Source: Vicugna vicugna (lineage: Eukaryota). Taken from it: a stretch of 64,000 nt of DNA. A model generated the notes under the pieces. The model searched no databases. It saw only the letters and a list, made by a program, of their open reading frames with translations, and was not told the origin of the DNA. Where the stretch lies: positions 4,986,691-5,050,690 of the forward strand of contig MU058824.1 in NCBI GenBank assembly GCA_013265495.1. The letters run 5' to 3'. Of this stretch, positions 24,330 to 37,114 are shown piece after piece. Position 1 is the first letter of the stretch. Each line of letters opens with the position of its first letter. Made by a program: the position numbers and the translations under genes.

Positions 24330-24500
24330 ACTGAAATCTAGAGACTTAAGTTTGGGTCTTGCTTCACCAGTGACCTTGGATTAAACACTTGACCTCTCTC
24401 TGCCTTAGTTTCCTTATCGGTAAAGTGGGGGAGATAGTCACAGGAATGTTATAAAGCTAAAATGAGACTGATAATTAGTAAACTGTAAAGTACTACAGTG
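24330..24500 (+). mobile_element. MIR SINE fragment
   Basis: gtgaccttgg...acctctctctgccttagtttccttatcggtaaagtgggg MIR core. Confidence 0.65.
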
Positions 24501-27059
24501 TTATCATTTACTGATACGGTAAGTTCCTGAGACAAAGAAGCAGGGAAACCAGTATCTAAGCCATGAGTACAACTGCCTAAATGTTATGATATGAATGAAC
24601 CACGACTTCTATCCCAGCCCCAGACCCCTACCTTTCCCAGTCTATTCTAATGGTGTACAGCGGTGCCTGGAACTCTACCATTAGAGTGTCATTCTTTGTT
24701 AGTCCTTCTTTCTTCTAGAAGTTTTCTTTCTAGGGAAAGAAAAGGGAGGAGCAAAACATCCAGTCCCCAACATTTCACTCAGGTGACAGGAGGCTTGCCA
24801 TCCTTCCTCAGACAGCCTGAAAGCATGAGAAGGGGAAAACAGCTACAGGAGGCAGGCTTTTCCTTTCTAGTGCTCCTGAGGCCCAGAATGCATTGCCAGG
24901 TCCTCCAAGGCCAGCCCCACTGTGGTCCAGAGGCGGTAGTTTTTCATGAACAAAAATGAAGCTGACTCTAAATGTTCTAAATGAAGCTATTGTTTCACTG
25001 CAGGTCAGGTTGACTCTGAGCCTATCCATCTCTGCCCCTCAGATCAATATTCCACATTGGCTTGGCCTAACTTCCTGAACGGTTCCATGAGGTTTCCTTC
25101 CTAGAGTGCAGTGCCTACAACACTAGCTGGCCAGCCACACAGGGGGAAAATGGCACAGCCACTGTGTTCAGAGCCCTTTCCTATGGCGTCCGGAAGGACT
25201 AAAGACAGAGCTGTCAGGTTTTCTACATTAGTGACAAGTAGGAAATTTCCAGCTAAAGCTGCCATAGCAACTCCACCCATTCTCAAACAAAGAGGCTTGC
25301 TTCCATATTAAACAAATAAACAAAACCCTCTGAACCTTCTTCTAAACTGGTAGCTCTTGCCCCCTAATGAACTCTAAATTAAAAACATCTCCTAGGGATA
25401 TGAGTTCCCTAAAGGCACCAAACCCACTCAATCACCCAGATGTTTAGGTTTTGAAACAGGGGACAGAGCCCGGTGTAATTCCCAGAGGATCAACTAGTCA
25501 CTCTGAAAAAGCAACCTGTGGAGCCAGGAGGTCCAATTCAAGGCCACCTCTTTCAGCCTCTCTTTGCTACTACTGGCCACATGAATGAAGCAACAGGGGC
25601 TGAAGTGTAAGAAAAACAGTTTGATCTCTGTCAGTGAAACCGATGTGCCAGGCACTAAGCTATGTGCCAGGGATATGACACAGTTCCTGTTCTCTAACAT
25701 ATTAAAGTTTGGAGACAGAGTTAGACATACAATCACAAAATATAATGATACATATTATAATAGAAGTTGTAATAAAAAGTGAGCATTTAATTTCAGGGGT
25801 GGGGAACGGGAAGGTGGTGAGAGGCCCAGCAAAACCAGGACAGGAAAGGCCACAGAGAATAAGTAATAAGTGGAGATGGCATAGGAGGCCTTGGGGTCCA
25901 ACCAGCTCAAAGCCAGCCCTCCAGTTTCCTTCTAGGTACCCAGTGCTGTCACTGCCCAATCCTGTTGGCCTATCTACTCTAGTTAACTCTCCAAATTTCA
26001 GACATACACTCTCAAACATGGCCATATTCTTCTGCAATCTGTTCCTAAGGAATGCCTAAGGCTAGGAAAAACAAGGTAGCCCTTTCAAAGGATACCTGCT
26101 TTTGAAAAGAGAACATACCAAAACAAAATGAATTGATCAAAAGGAATAAAGCTTCAATGATGAAAAGCTGAGAACTATGGCAGGGATAGACTCCTTACAT
26201 CACACAGCATCACACCAGCCTATCAAAAGAAGTCAAGAGAAAAACCCCCTCAGTTTTCTAAAATGGCTGATTCTTTCATCTCTCTCTGACTTAGCAAAGA
26301 AATGTTACTAGGAATGTGAGAATTCCTTGTAAAATTGCTTCTGACCCAAATCTTGGCTTGGAGGAAACAACAGTGGGGCCTCTGGGAATAGGCCAGGACT
26401 CTTTTCACATATATCAAGCAGCCTCTCATTTTGTATGAAACAAGCCCAGAAGGCAGAAAACCAGGAGGCCTGAGTCTCCTACCCCTCCAGACCCCCCACA
26501 GAGGTCAGATCATTCCTTGGACATTTACCAATTATGTTGTATGGCTAAAATAGTGGGAAATGGATTTCTAGGGCTGCAGCAGGTAGGGGTACCCTTAGGA
26601 TGTTAATCTTTGGGAAAGAATTAATGCTTACAGAGAATCTTGCCAGAGAAAACGATCAGGGTCACGAGGTATGAAGAGTGAGATTAGCCAAAGGGAATAA
26701 AGAATACCTAGATTAAATGCACAGTAAGGTCCCTGCATTGCAGTTCCTAGAACTAGTCATCCCTCCTCACCTGCATTAGGAGGAACCCTATTTATAGGGC
26801 AAAAACTGGTCATGGTAAAGGAAAGAAAACCTCAAGCACTGTATCCAAGAGGGGAGACAGAACCTCAGGGAACATATAGTAGCAGGAAAAAGGATGCAGT
26901 CTTCAAGGGGCTGGCATATTAAGACCTCAGAATGAAAACTGAATGCCCGTCAGAACTGGGTATTCTATGCCCATCCCAGGGCTCCTGTCAGCCAGACCAA
27001 TGTTTATTACACTGAAGAGTATAAGAGACCATAAAACAAATACATATGCACCCAGAATC

Positions 27060-27460
27060 TGATGCTCATGACAGACTCTCTTTGCCCAAACTTGAGTCCT
27101 CTTTCTGACTAGGTCCCTGATCTTGGGCTCTGTTTAGTCCAGTTTTAGTGAGAATCTTGCTGGTCAGTTTAGTTAAAACTCCACATCTTTGATATCTGAC
27201 AAATTCCTTGTCCCTCACCCAGGCCTGTCTCCAGCTAAAATCTTGTCAAGTCAGTTTAGCCAGACACCTGTCTTCCTGTGATGTTTCTTCTTAGTAATTT
27301 TCCAACCACTGATCCTCAAGCTGTTCCTTCCCACTTATGCTTGTATTCGAGTTCGGCTCAATCTCTCTCCCTTATTACAATACCCCAATGTGACAATCCC
27401 CCCGAATAAGGTCTGCCTTATGATTTGTAACAAGTATCAGAGTAATTTTTTTCTTAAGCA
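27060..27460. mobile_element. Probable old LTR remnant (MER21-like)
   Basis: Repeated cagtttag/aatcttg motifs and an LTR-like 3' end; family assignment uncertain. Confidence 0.4.
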
Positions 27461-28591
27461 CTCACCATGCTCTCTTTTTTCCTTACTATCTATGGCTCTT
27501 ATGAGCAGTCTGAAGAAGGCATGTGAGCAGGAATCTAGCCCCTGAACACTCTCCTATCCCCCACCAAAACCCTACATTCTCTAGCCCCTTACTCCGTTAT
27601 AATTTCTTCATAGAACTGATTACCACCTGGTAGATCATATATCTGTTTGCTTGTTTATTATCTGCCTCTCCCCAGCCACCCCCCAACCCTATCCTGGAAT
27701 GTGAGCAGGGACTGTTTTGTTCATTGCTGTATCCCTAGCACCTAATTCAGTGCCTGGCATATGTGGTACTCAAAATCAAACAAGCAAGCAATCAAAAACT
27801 TCCCATTGAATAAAAGGATCCAGGACACAAAATCAGGAAATGCTAAAGTTGGAAGAGTCCTTTAGAGAACATCAAGGCCTGGAACCTCACACTACATTGT
27901 GACCTGGCCAACAGAGTAGTGTTGTCTGGCCAGCATAGTGTTTTTCTTTAAATCTGAAATTTAGGCAGGGCAGCTATTCTGGCTTCTCAAAAGCCCTGTA
28001 TCACTTGACCCAGAATGACACCCTTGTTGTTAATCTGTTTTATTCTGGAAGACATCTAAATGGGAGGCTCTTGCTTAAGGACCCATGGTGGGTGTGAACT
28101 CCATTACATTGAAAGCTGTGCCTTATTTGTTTTTCAATTCTCAAAGCCTAGCACAGGGCATTACTATGCCAAGCATATGGCCTGGCACACAGTGAGAACT
28201 CAGTGCCGTGGAAAGAATAAATGAGTGATAGCAGGGCTGACTTAGAATCCAAGTCTTCTACTTTCCAGTCCACTTCTGTTTCCATAACAACAAGCTGCCT
28301 TCTTCTAGACAGATGACTTACAACCCCCTTTCATTGTAAAACTAAGTTGGAAACTTCTCCCGAAATACACTTACTCACAATACTGGGGACTCACTCAGAA
28401 CAAATAAAGAAGGTAGTGGCAGCACCAGCCTCTTCCACACTGTCGATTAGCTGGCATCTCTCCAGCATATGAGACTGGCAGAAAGAGACCCTGCATGGTT
28501 CCTGTTATCCCCAGGGGTGCCATCATGGGACTTCCATATGCCCTCCAGCTGAAGGGCAGCCCTGATCCTTTCCCTGACGACAGGTCTAGAG

Positions 28592-28901
28592 CAGCATTGT
28601 TCAATAGAAATACAATGTGAGCCACAAATGTAATTTTAAAATTTCTAGTAGCCACATTAAACTTGAAAAGAAACAGGTGAAATTAATTTTAACACTTTTT
28701 ATGTAACCCATTATCCAAGATACTATTCTTTCAACATGTAATCTATAAAAATACAATCATATATTTGCATTCTACTTTTTATACTGAGTCCTTGAACGCT
28801 GGTATGTATCTTACATTTACAGCACATCTCAATTTAGACTAGCCATCTTCAAGTACTCAATAACCACATGTGTCTGGTGGCTACTATATTGAGCAGCGTA
28901 G
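28592..28901 (+). mobile_element. MER33-like hAT-Charlie DNA transposon
   Basis: Starts cagcattgttcaatagaaatacaatgtgagccac, ends gagcagcgtag; degenerate 8-bp NTCTAGAN-type TSD (gtctagag / ttttagaa). Confidence 0.8.
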
Positions 28902-29369
28902 TTTTAGAAGGTTAGGGTGGGGGACCCTCTGGAGAGCCTTCAAAACCTGGCAGCAGATGCTCACTGCAAAGAGCAGACTGTCATCTCAGGGGCAGTAGAA
29001 CTCTCTGTTCTTTCACTCTTCCTTTCACCTGCTCACTTTGATCCTAGCTGGAAACAGCATATTTCCATTTTGTGACAGGTTCTAATCTTCCTCAAGGCTA
29101 CAAAGAGCAAAGTATTAAGGCCCCAACCTACAGAGAACGAGACCTTTTCTCTCACAACCTGACCCTTTCTAGATACCCTGTACCTCTGTGTAGCTTTCCA
29201 ATATTCTGGGTAAAACAAGATAATCCTAGTTACTTCAACAGAAGCGACACCTTCACAGGGAAGACTTAGAAACCTCTTACAGACAAGAGCATAATTTCAA
29301 TGCAGCTGGGTCAAAGGTATGCTATCCCACACAGCTCATACCAGAGGGACACGTAGCAATAGTAAAATT

Positions 29370-29580
29370 ACATTTGTTTAGAATTTTACAGTTTACAAGA
29401 TGTCTATTTTATCATCACAACAATCCTGTGAGTAGGAGGGAAGGATTATTACTCTGATTTCATAAATGAGAAAAACGAAGCTCAGAGAGGCTAAATGACT
29501 TGACCAAGGTCACAGAGTAGAGCTAGGATCTACAAGAAGGTCTTCAATCTATAAAGTTAGTGCTCTTTTCACCATACATG
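29370..29580 (-). mobile_element. MIR SINE
   Basis: atgagaaaaacgaagctcagagaggctaaatgacttgaccaaggtcacag antisense MIR core. Confidence 0.75.
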
Positions 29581-30256
29581 CATGGCATAAATGGATACAT
29601 TATTTATTATCCTTGTGTGCACACATTTAAGACTGAGAAAACTCAAGATGACTTTTCTGTTTACATGGCATATGCACACAAAAAGGATGAATTAATACAT
29701 TAGACAAAAGGACAGTACACAAACACAGGAAACAGGAAAGGTTTCTAAACATACACAGGTGTATACAAGAACAAGAAGGTTACCTGAATACATGCATGAG
29801 ATAAGGGGCAGATTTTATCTATATATATGTATGTGCATGGAAGGAAAGATGGCTTGTGTATATTTATATAAAATGAATGAATGAGTTGTCTATATATACG
29901 TACACACAGCAGAGGAATGGTTATTTACAACCATAAGGACGTATCAAGAGGGAGAAACAGATTATTTGTACACAGGTATACACATTTCCAAAGGGGTGAA
30001 TGGGTTATTTATATACATACAGGACAGTACCAAGGAGGAATTGATGGCCAGATTATCAGCATATAAACACGTGCAAGTGAAGATTCTACCCTCAGTGCTG
30101 AGTATGCTGTTTTTCACTCATTATAATGACCCCCCACAAGCAAGTTGGCTCAAGTAGTTATGTAATTAATGTAGCTGCTCCATATTCCACCCACAAATGC
30201 TTTGCTTTTGTCCCTGCTTGTCGTTCAGAGTCAGTCATACACTCAATAACACTTAC

Positions 30257-30920
30257 CTTGCTGCTGCAATCAAAATAAGAGTTAAGGAAATAAAAAGAAA
30301 AAAAAACACATTAAAACCACAAATTCTCAAGTTTTAGAATTCAAGTGCTGTCTTTAAAAGGAAATCCATTCAGAAGCACTCCTTGGTTTGACAGAGAAGC
30401 CACAGGATGAACTTTCTAAGCCACAGCACAGCTGCTTGCCCAAGCGACAAGCAGAGCCAAGGAGCTATTATTCTCAGCTGCACCCAGCTGGCTGGCTCCA
30501 GGGTGCAAAGTTGATGATAGGAACAAAGCCCGGCAGAGAAATCCCCTCACTGAAGGGCTGGGCAGGAGTCTTGCTGCCTGCAAATCTAGGAATCCAATCT
30601 GGTCCACATCTCTCTGCTGAGGGGGATTCTGACGACCAGCCTGCCGAAGGTAATAGCAGCCAAACTTCAACTGGACGTGGAATTCTAACTCAATCGATTC
30701 CGGGCTTTGAGACTGAGAAAGAAAGCAGGGTAGCTACTGCTCCCGCTGCTGCTCCTCCTCCTCTCCAGCTGCTTCCTGCCTGCAACCTCCCATAGGGCAC
30801 CAGCCCTCCTCACACGTTCCTGGTGCACACACCCCCTTTCCCAGCACACTCACGCACACACAGATCTCGCCAGCAAGCTCACTCACACACCCTTGGTGTC
30901 TCTCCCTCTCCCTAAATATA
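30257..30920 (-). promoter_or_regulatory. UNC13B: Probable alternative promoter and non-coding first exon of bMunc13-2, ending at the AAG|gtaagt donor
   Basis: Consensus donor at 30256-30251; locally GC/CpG-enriched, repeat-free sequence with GA/CT and TG tracts and a MEF2-type CTAAATATAG at 30912-30921; the downstream b exon has a splice acceptor and so needs an upstream exon; TSS not determinable. Confidence 0.55.
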
Positions 30921-33751
30921 GATCTTACTCTCTCCCCTCCCCCATTCCTTCCCCTCTTTCTTCTCCCCCTCCTTTCTTTTCCACTTCTCTCTTGTCTGGG
31001 CTATAGGATATAAAGAGACATACATAAGGCAGAGCCCTATACTGTGAGGCACTCCCAGTCTCAGAGGGAAGACAGAACACAAATGTCAGAGCACAATACA
31101 AAGGGCGTCTTCCCTTCTACTGAGATAAGCTCTAAGGTTTTTTTGTTTGTTGCTTTTCGGTTTGTTTGGGTTGTGTCTATATAATCTGCTGTCTGCATCT
31201 GGCAAGGCTGGAGAACAGATAAAGTGTCCAAGTGCAGTTAACATCAAATAACACCACGTTCTCAGAGTAGGTACCTGGTCCAGTTTTCCTGAAGAGCCAC
31301 AGCAAGAAAATCAACCAGAAAACAAGAAAGCCCTTAGGCTATGCCAAGGCAATGATTAGACAGATGTAGGGGAAGTTGGGTGGGCTGAGGTAGACCCTCT
31401 ACTTCAAAATTTAGGACCCAGAATTAGGAACTAAGTAACCTAAAGTGATACCACATTGACCTAAGCTGAACCTTGTCAGAATCCTGGTTTCATAGTCCCA
31501 AATTTCCGAGTCCTTCTTTGCCAGCTATAGCCCCATCTCCCTGGAGACTAGTCAGGCGACTCTCATGTGGCCCTAACTCCAAATAATTCAATAATTCTAG
31601 TTAAGACTCATCAGGAAATTAAATGTGTGTATCTTCAAAGAGCGCTCAAGTTGTTCACTGCAACATAAAGCCAAACATAAGCCAGGAACCTTTGAAACCC
31701 TGGAGTATAAAACACCAAAAACATGAAATATATGATATCTCTTTCTACTCTGCAATCACAGGACAGGAAAAACACTGTTTGGGCCTAGAGAACCTCAGAA
31801 TTCTTCTCAATACAGGGCTTCAATCAGCAATTAACAATCCAGTGAAGCCCATTCCTATTCTACCTCCTCTGAGCTCAATCCATTGAGATAAGCAGCCCTT
31901 ACCCCACACCCTCAGGCTAACATCAGGTAGGCAAGTTTGATCCACTCATCATGCCCAAACCAAGCTCTCAAACCTTGCTACTTCTGCTGGCCTGCAACAT
32001 TCCTTACGACAGTGTACAACAGAAAACGGCCTGTTAGCCAGGAATCAGGTAGTCAGTCTATGGGGGCCACCCTAGAATCTGTCATCGCAGAATAGGCAGC
32101 CCTATATGGTAGATAAAACAAGCTTTTAAATTAAGAGTGATTTCCTTGGCTTATCCAAGATCCTAAGGAGAAAGTGTTGATTCCAGAGCCAACATTTGCC
32201 TCCCTACAGACTTCTTCCAATAACACTGCTTCCCCCTCAACCAAGGAAGAAAATTTAGATTCCAAGAGACACTACACAACCCATTTCTTAACCATCCACC
32301 TCATTATGCAGCCAACACTGACAGCAGAGCAAATACCTCCTAACCCAGTGGGGAGCTGGCTGGATGACAGAAGAGATAAGGGCTGACAGCACAACCATAA
32401 CCACATCTAAATACAGAAGGGGAAAAAATCCTGAAAACTGTCAAATTTCAGTGGAAGTCATAGCAAATTTACTGTGGAGCTCCCCATATTTCCGCCAGGA
32501 GAAGCAGGTAAAGATTTTAAAACAAGAAATATGGGTGCAACTGATTAATCAGAACCCCCCTCAACCCCCACCCGACCCCACCTCTGCAGCCACTCATAAA
32601 GAGCTCAGAGCAGTGGCTGTCATGACCATGTTTAGGTCAGAGCTTTCTAGACTGAGAAGCCCAAATTCTCAAGACTGGGAAGGATCTTCAGAGATAGGAT
32701 ACCACCTAAAGAACCTACTTCTTCCTGCCTCATCCACCAGTGCCTCTAGACCTGTGGCTAATGTGACCCTGTCTTGTCCATCTCCCCACTCAAACACATT
32801 CAGATCATCTCCTAAGCACCTTGGGTTTTCCAGAAAAACAAAGACGCAAACAAGAGAAAACATGTTTAGGACTAGAGGCACAATAAATCTGCTATCTATA
32901 GTTCTAGTCTTCAGACTTCACAAGAGTGCTCATATGGCTTTGACCATAAATTACCTTTGTATCTTTCCACCTTCCTATGTCTTAGTGAAAGAAAGAAGTA
33001 GAACAAGTGGGAAAGCAGTAAATAGCAGTTACTGTAAACTCAGTAAAAGAGCAGGGTTCCTTCTGTCCATTCAACAGAGCCCAGAGAGTGCTAGACATCA
33101 TATGACCAAAGGATAATCAGACCTCCTTAGGGGACTAGCCTTTTAGGATAGACATGCAATTTCTGTTTCCTAAGCCATGTAAATAACATTGCAGCCCCCT
33201 TGTCACAGTGGATCTGTCTTTTGGGAATCCTGGGCTGGCTAAAATGATAGGGGTGCATTTTAGAGGTAAGAAATAGCACAACAAGCACCCACCTTAGCTG
33301 GGAAGCGTCCTTAAAGCAGGGCTGTTCAAGAGCTAGTCGGGCATAATTAGAAAAACAGATTGGGTTAAGAAGGAAAAGGCATTTATCCAGAAGCTGTGAA
33401 ATGCTCTGAACAGACATTCTCAAGGTCTGGTTCCCAATTTAAATCCTTGCAGGGATCTTCGCCTAGAGACAGATGAGTCAAGATGGAAATTCAACATGAG
33501 ACACTGACACTCACGCAGAGTTGTGGGAAGGTTCAGCACTGCAGGAGCTCTAAAGGGGAACTGAATGGGTGGGTTAGTCAGAAGACCACCTGGTGCACAA
33601 AATTCATCTTCAGCTAAAGTGTTCTAAGTGGTGTCACAAGGATACCGGAGAAGGGGCTCACCAACTACAATTCTCCCCTCTCATACAAACTAGTCTAAGT
33701 CTCTCTGGAGCCAGATACAACTGGTCAAAGCAAAGAGTGTGCCTGCTCCAA
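30400..33751 (+). repeat. Tandem duplication, copy 1 (3352 bp)
   Basis: Nearly identical to 33752-37114; duplicated ORFs visible in the ORF track. Confidence 0.97.
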
Positions 33752-36700
33752 CCACAGGATGAACTTTCTAAGCCACAGCACAGCTGCTTGCCCAAGCGAC
33801 AAGCAGAGCCAAGGAGCTATTATTCTCAGCTGCACCCAGCTGGCTGGCTCCAGGGTGCAAAGTTGATGATGGGAACAAAGCCCGGCAGAGAAATCCCCTC
33901 ACTGAAGGGCTGGGCAGGAGTCTTGCTGCCTGCAAATCTAGGAATCCAATCTGGTCCACATCTCTCTGCTGAGGGGGATTCTGACGACCAGCCTGCCGAA
34001 GGTAATAGCAGCCAAACTTCAACTGGACGTGGAATTCTAACTCAATCGATTCCGGGCTTTGAGACTGAGAAAGAAAGCAGGGTAGCTACTGCTCCCGCTG
34101 CTGCTCCTCCTCCTCTCCAGCTGCTTCCTGCCTGCAACCTCCCATAGGGCACCAGCCCTCCTCACACGTTCCTGGTGCACACACCCCCTTTCCCAGCACA
34201 CTCACGCACACACAGATCTCGCCAGCAAGCTCACTCACACACCCTTGGTGTCTCTCCCTCTCCCTAAATATAGATCTTACTCTCTCCCCTCCCCCATTCC
34301 TTCCCCTCTTTCTTCTCCCCCTCCTTCCTTTTCCTCTGCCTATCCACTTCTCTCTTGTCTGGGCTATAGGATATAAAGAGACATACATAAGGCAGAGCCC
34401 TATACTGTGAGGCACTCCCAGTCTCAGAGGGAAGACAACACAAATGTCAGAGCACAATACAAAGGGCGTCTTCCCTTCTACTGAGATAAGCTCTAAGGTT
34501 TTTTTGTTTGTTGCTTTTCGGTTTGTTTGGGTTGTGTCTATATAATCTGCTGTCTGCATCTGGCAAGGCTGGAGAACAGATAAAGTGTCCAAGTGCAGTT
34601 AACATCAAATAACACCACGTTCTCAGAGTAGGTACCTGGTCCAGTTTTCCTGAAGAGCCACAGCAAGAAAATCAACCAGAAAACAAGAAAGCCCTTAGGC
34701 TATGCCAAGGCAATGATTAGACAGATGTAGGGGAAGTTGGGTGGGCTGAGGTAGACCCTCTACTTCAAAATTTAGGACCCAGAATTAGGAACTAAGTAAC
34801 CTAAAGTGATACCACATTGACCTAAGCTGAACCTTGTCAGAATCCTGGTTTCATAGTCCCAAATTTCCGAGTCCTTCTTTGCCAGCTATAGCCCCATCTC
34901 CCTGGAGACTAGTCAGGCGACTCTCATGTGGCCCTAACTCCAAATAATTCAATAATTCTAGTTAAGACTCATCAGGAAATTAAATGTGTGTATCTTCAAA
35001 GAGCGCTCAAGTTGTTCACTGCAACATAAAGCCAAACATAAGCCAGGAACCTTTGAAACCCTGGAGTATAAAACACCAAAAACATGAAATATATGATATC
35101 TCTTTCTACTCTGCAATCACAGGACAGGAAAAACACTGTTTGGGCCTAGAGAACCTCAGAATTCTTCTCAATACAGGGCTTCAATCAGCAATTAACAATC
35201 CAGTGAAGCCCATTCCTATTCTACCTCCTCTGAGCTCAATCCATTGAGATAAGCAGCCCTTACCCCACACCCTCAGGCTAACATCAGGTAGGCAAGTTTG
35301 ATCCACTCATCATGCCCAAACCAAGCTCTCAAACCTTGCTACTTCTGCTGGCCTGCAACATTCCTTACGACAGTGTACAACAGAAAATGGCCTGTTAGCC
35401 AGGAATCAGGTAGTCAGTCTATGGGGGCCACCCTAGAATCTGTCATCGCAGAATAGGCAGCCCTATATGGTAGATAAAACAAGCTTTTAAATTAAGAGTG
35501 ATTTCCTTGGCTTATCCAAGATCCTAAGGAGAAAGTGTTGATTCCAGAGCCAACATTTGCCTCCCTACAGACTTCTTCCAATAACACTGCTTCCCCCTCA
35601 ACCAAGGAAGAAAATTTAGATTCCAAGAGACACTACACAACCCATTTCTTAACCATCCACCTCATTATGCAGCCAACACTGACAGCAGAGCAAATACCTC
35701 CTAACCCAGTGGGGAGCTGGCTGGATGACAGAAGAGATAAGGGCTGACAGCACAACCATAACCACATCTAAATACAGAAGGGGAAAAAATCCTGAAAACT
35801 GTCAAATTTCAGTGGAAGTCATAGCAAATTTACTGTGGAGCTCCCCATATTTCCGCCAGGAGAAGCAGGTAAAGATTTTAAAACAAGAAATATGGGTGCA
35901 ACTGATTAATCAGAACCCCCCTCAACCCCCACCCGACCCCACCTCTGCAGCCACTCATAAAGAGCTCAGAGCAGTGGCTGTCATGACCATGTTTAGGTCA
36001 GAGCTTTCTAGACTGAGAAGCCCAAATTCTCAAGACTGGGAAGGATCTTCAGAGATAGGATACCACCTAAAGAACCTACTTCTTCCTGCCTCATCCACCA
36101 GTGCCTCTAGACCTGTGGCTAATGTGACCCTGTCTTGTCCATCTCCCCACTCAAACACATTCAGATCATCTCCTAAGCACCTTGGGTTTTCCAGAAAAAC
36201 AAAGACGCAAACAAGAGAAAACATGTTTAGGACTAGAGGCACAATAAATCTGCTATCTATAGTTCTAGTCTTCAGACTTCACAAGAGTGCTCATATGGCT
36301 TTGACCATAAATTACCTTTGTATCTTTCCACCTTCCTATGTCTTAGTGAAAGAAAGAAGTAGAACAAGTGGGAAAGCAGTAAATAGCAGTTACTGTAAAC
36401 TCAGTAAAAGAGCAGGGTTCCTTCTGTCGCCATTCAACAGAGCCCAGAGAGTGCTAGACATCATATGACCAAAGGATAATCAGACCTCCTTAGGGGACTA
36501 GCCTTTTAGGATAGACATGCAATTTCTGTTTCCTAAGCCATGTAAATAACATTGCAGCCCCCTTGTCACAGTGGATCTGTCTTTTGGGAATCCTGGGCTG
36601 GCTAAAATGATAGGGGTGCATTTTAGAGGTAAGAAATAGCACAACAAGCACCCACCTTAGCTGGGAAGCGTCCTTAAAGCAGGGCTGTTCAAGAGCTAGT

Positions 36701-37114
36701 CGGGCATAATTAGAAAAACAGATTGGGTTAAGAAGGAAAAGGCATTTATCCAGAAGCTGTGAAATGCTCTGAACAGACATTCTCAAGGTCTGGTTCCCAA
36801 TTTAAATCCTTGCAGGGATCTTCGCCTAGAGACAGATGAGTCAAGATGGAAATTCAACATGAGACACTGACACTCACGCAGAGTTGTGGGAAGGTTCAGC
36901 ACTGCAGGAGCTCTAAAGGGGAACTGAATGGGTGGGTTAGTCAGAAGACCACCTGGTGCACAAAATTCATCTTCAGCTAAAGTGTTCTAAGTGGTGTCAC
37001 AAGGATACCGGAGAAGGGGCTCACCAACTACAATTCTCCCCTCTCATACAAACTAGTCTAAGTCTCTCTGGAGCCAGATACAACTGGTCAAAGCAAAGAG
37101 TGTGCCTGCTCCAA
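33752..37114 (+). repeat. Tandem duplication, copy 2 (3363 bp)
   Basis: Head-to-tail with copy 1; only a few SNVs and small indels differ. Confidence 0.97.

Noticed and set aside
30257..30311. ATG at 30311 as a coding start for the alternative first exon
   Set aside because: Hits TAA at the tenth codon (ATG TGT TTT TTT TTC TTT TTA TTT CCT TAA)
32364..36468. 250-aa and 247-aa plus-strand ORFs repeated in the duplication
   Set aside because: No recognisable domain, antisense to the host gene, and the copies differ by a frameshifting 2-nt indel; the repetition only reflects the duplication
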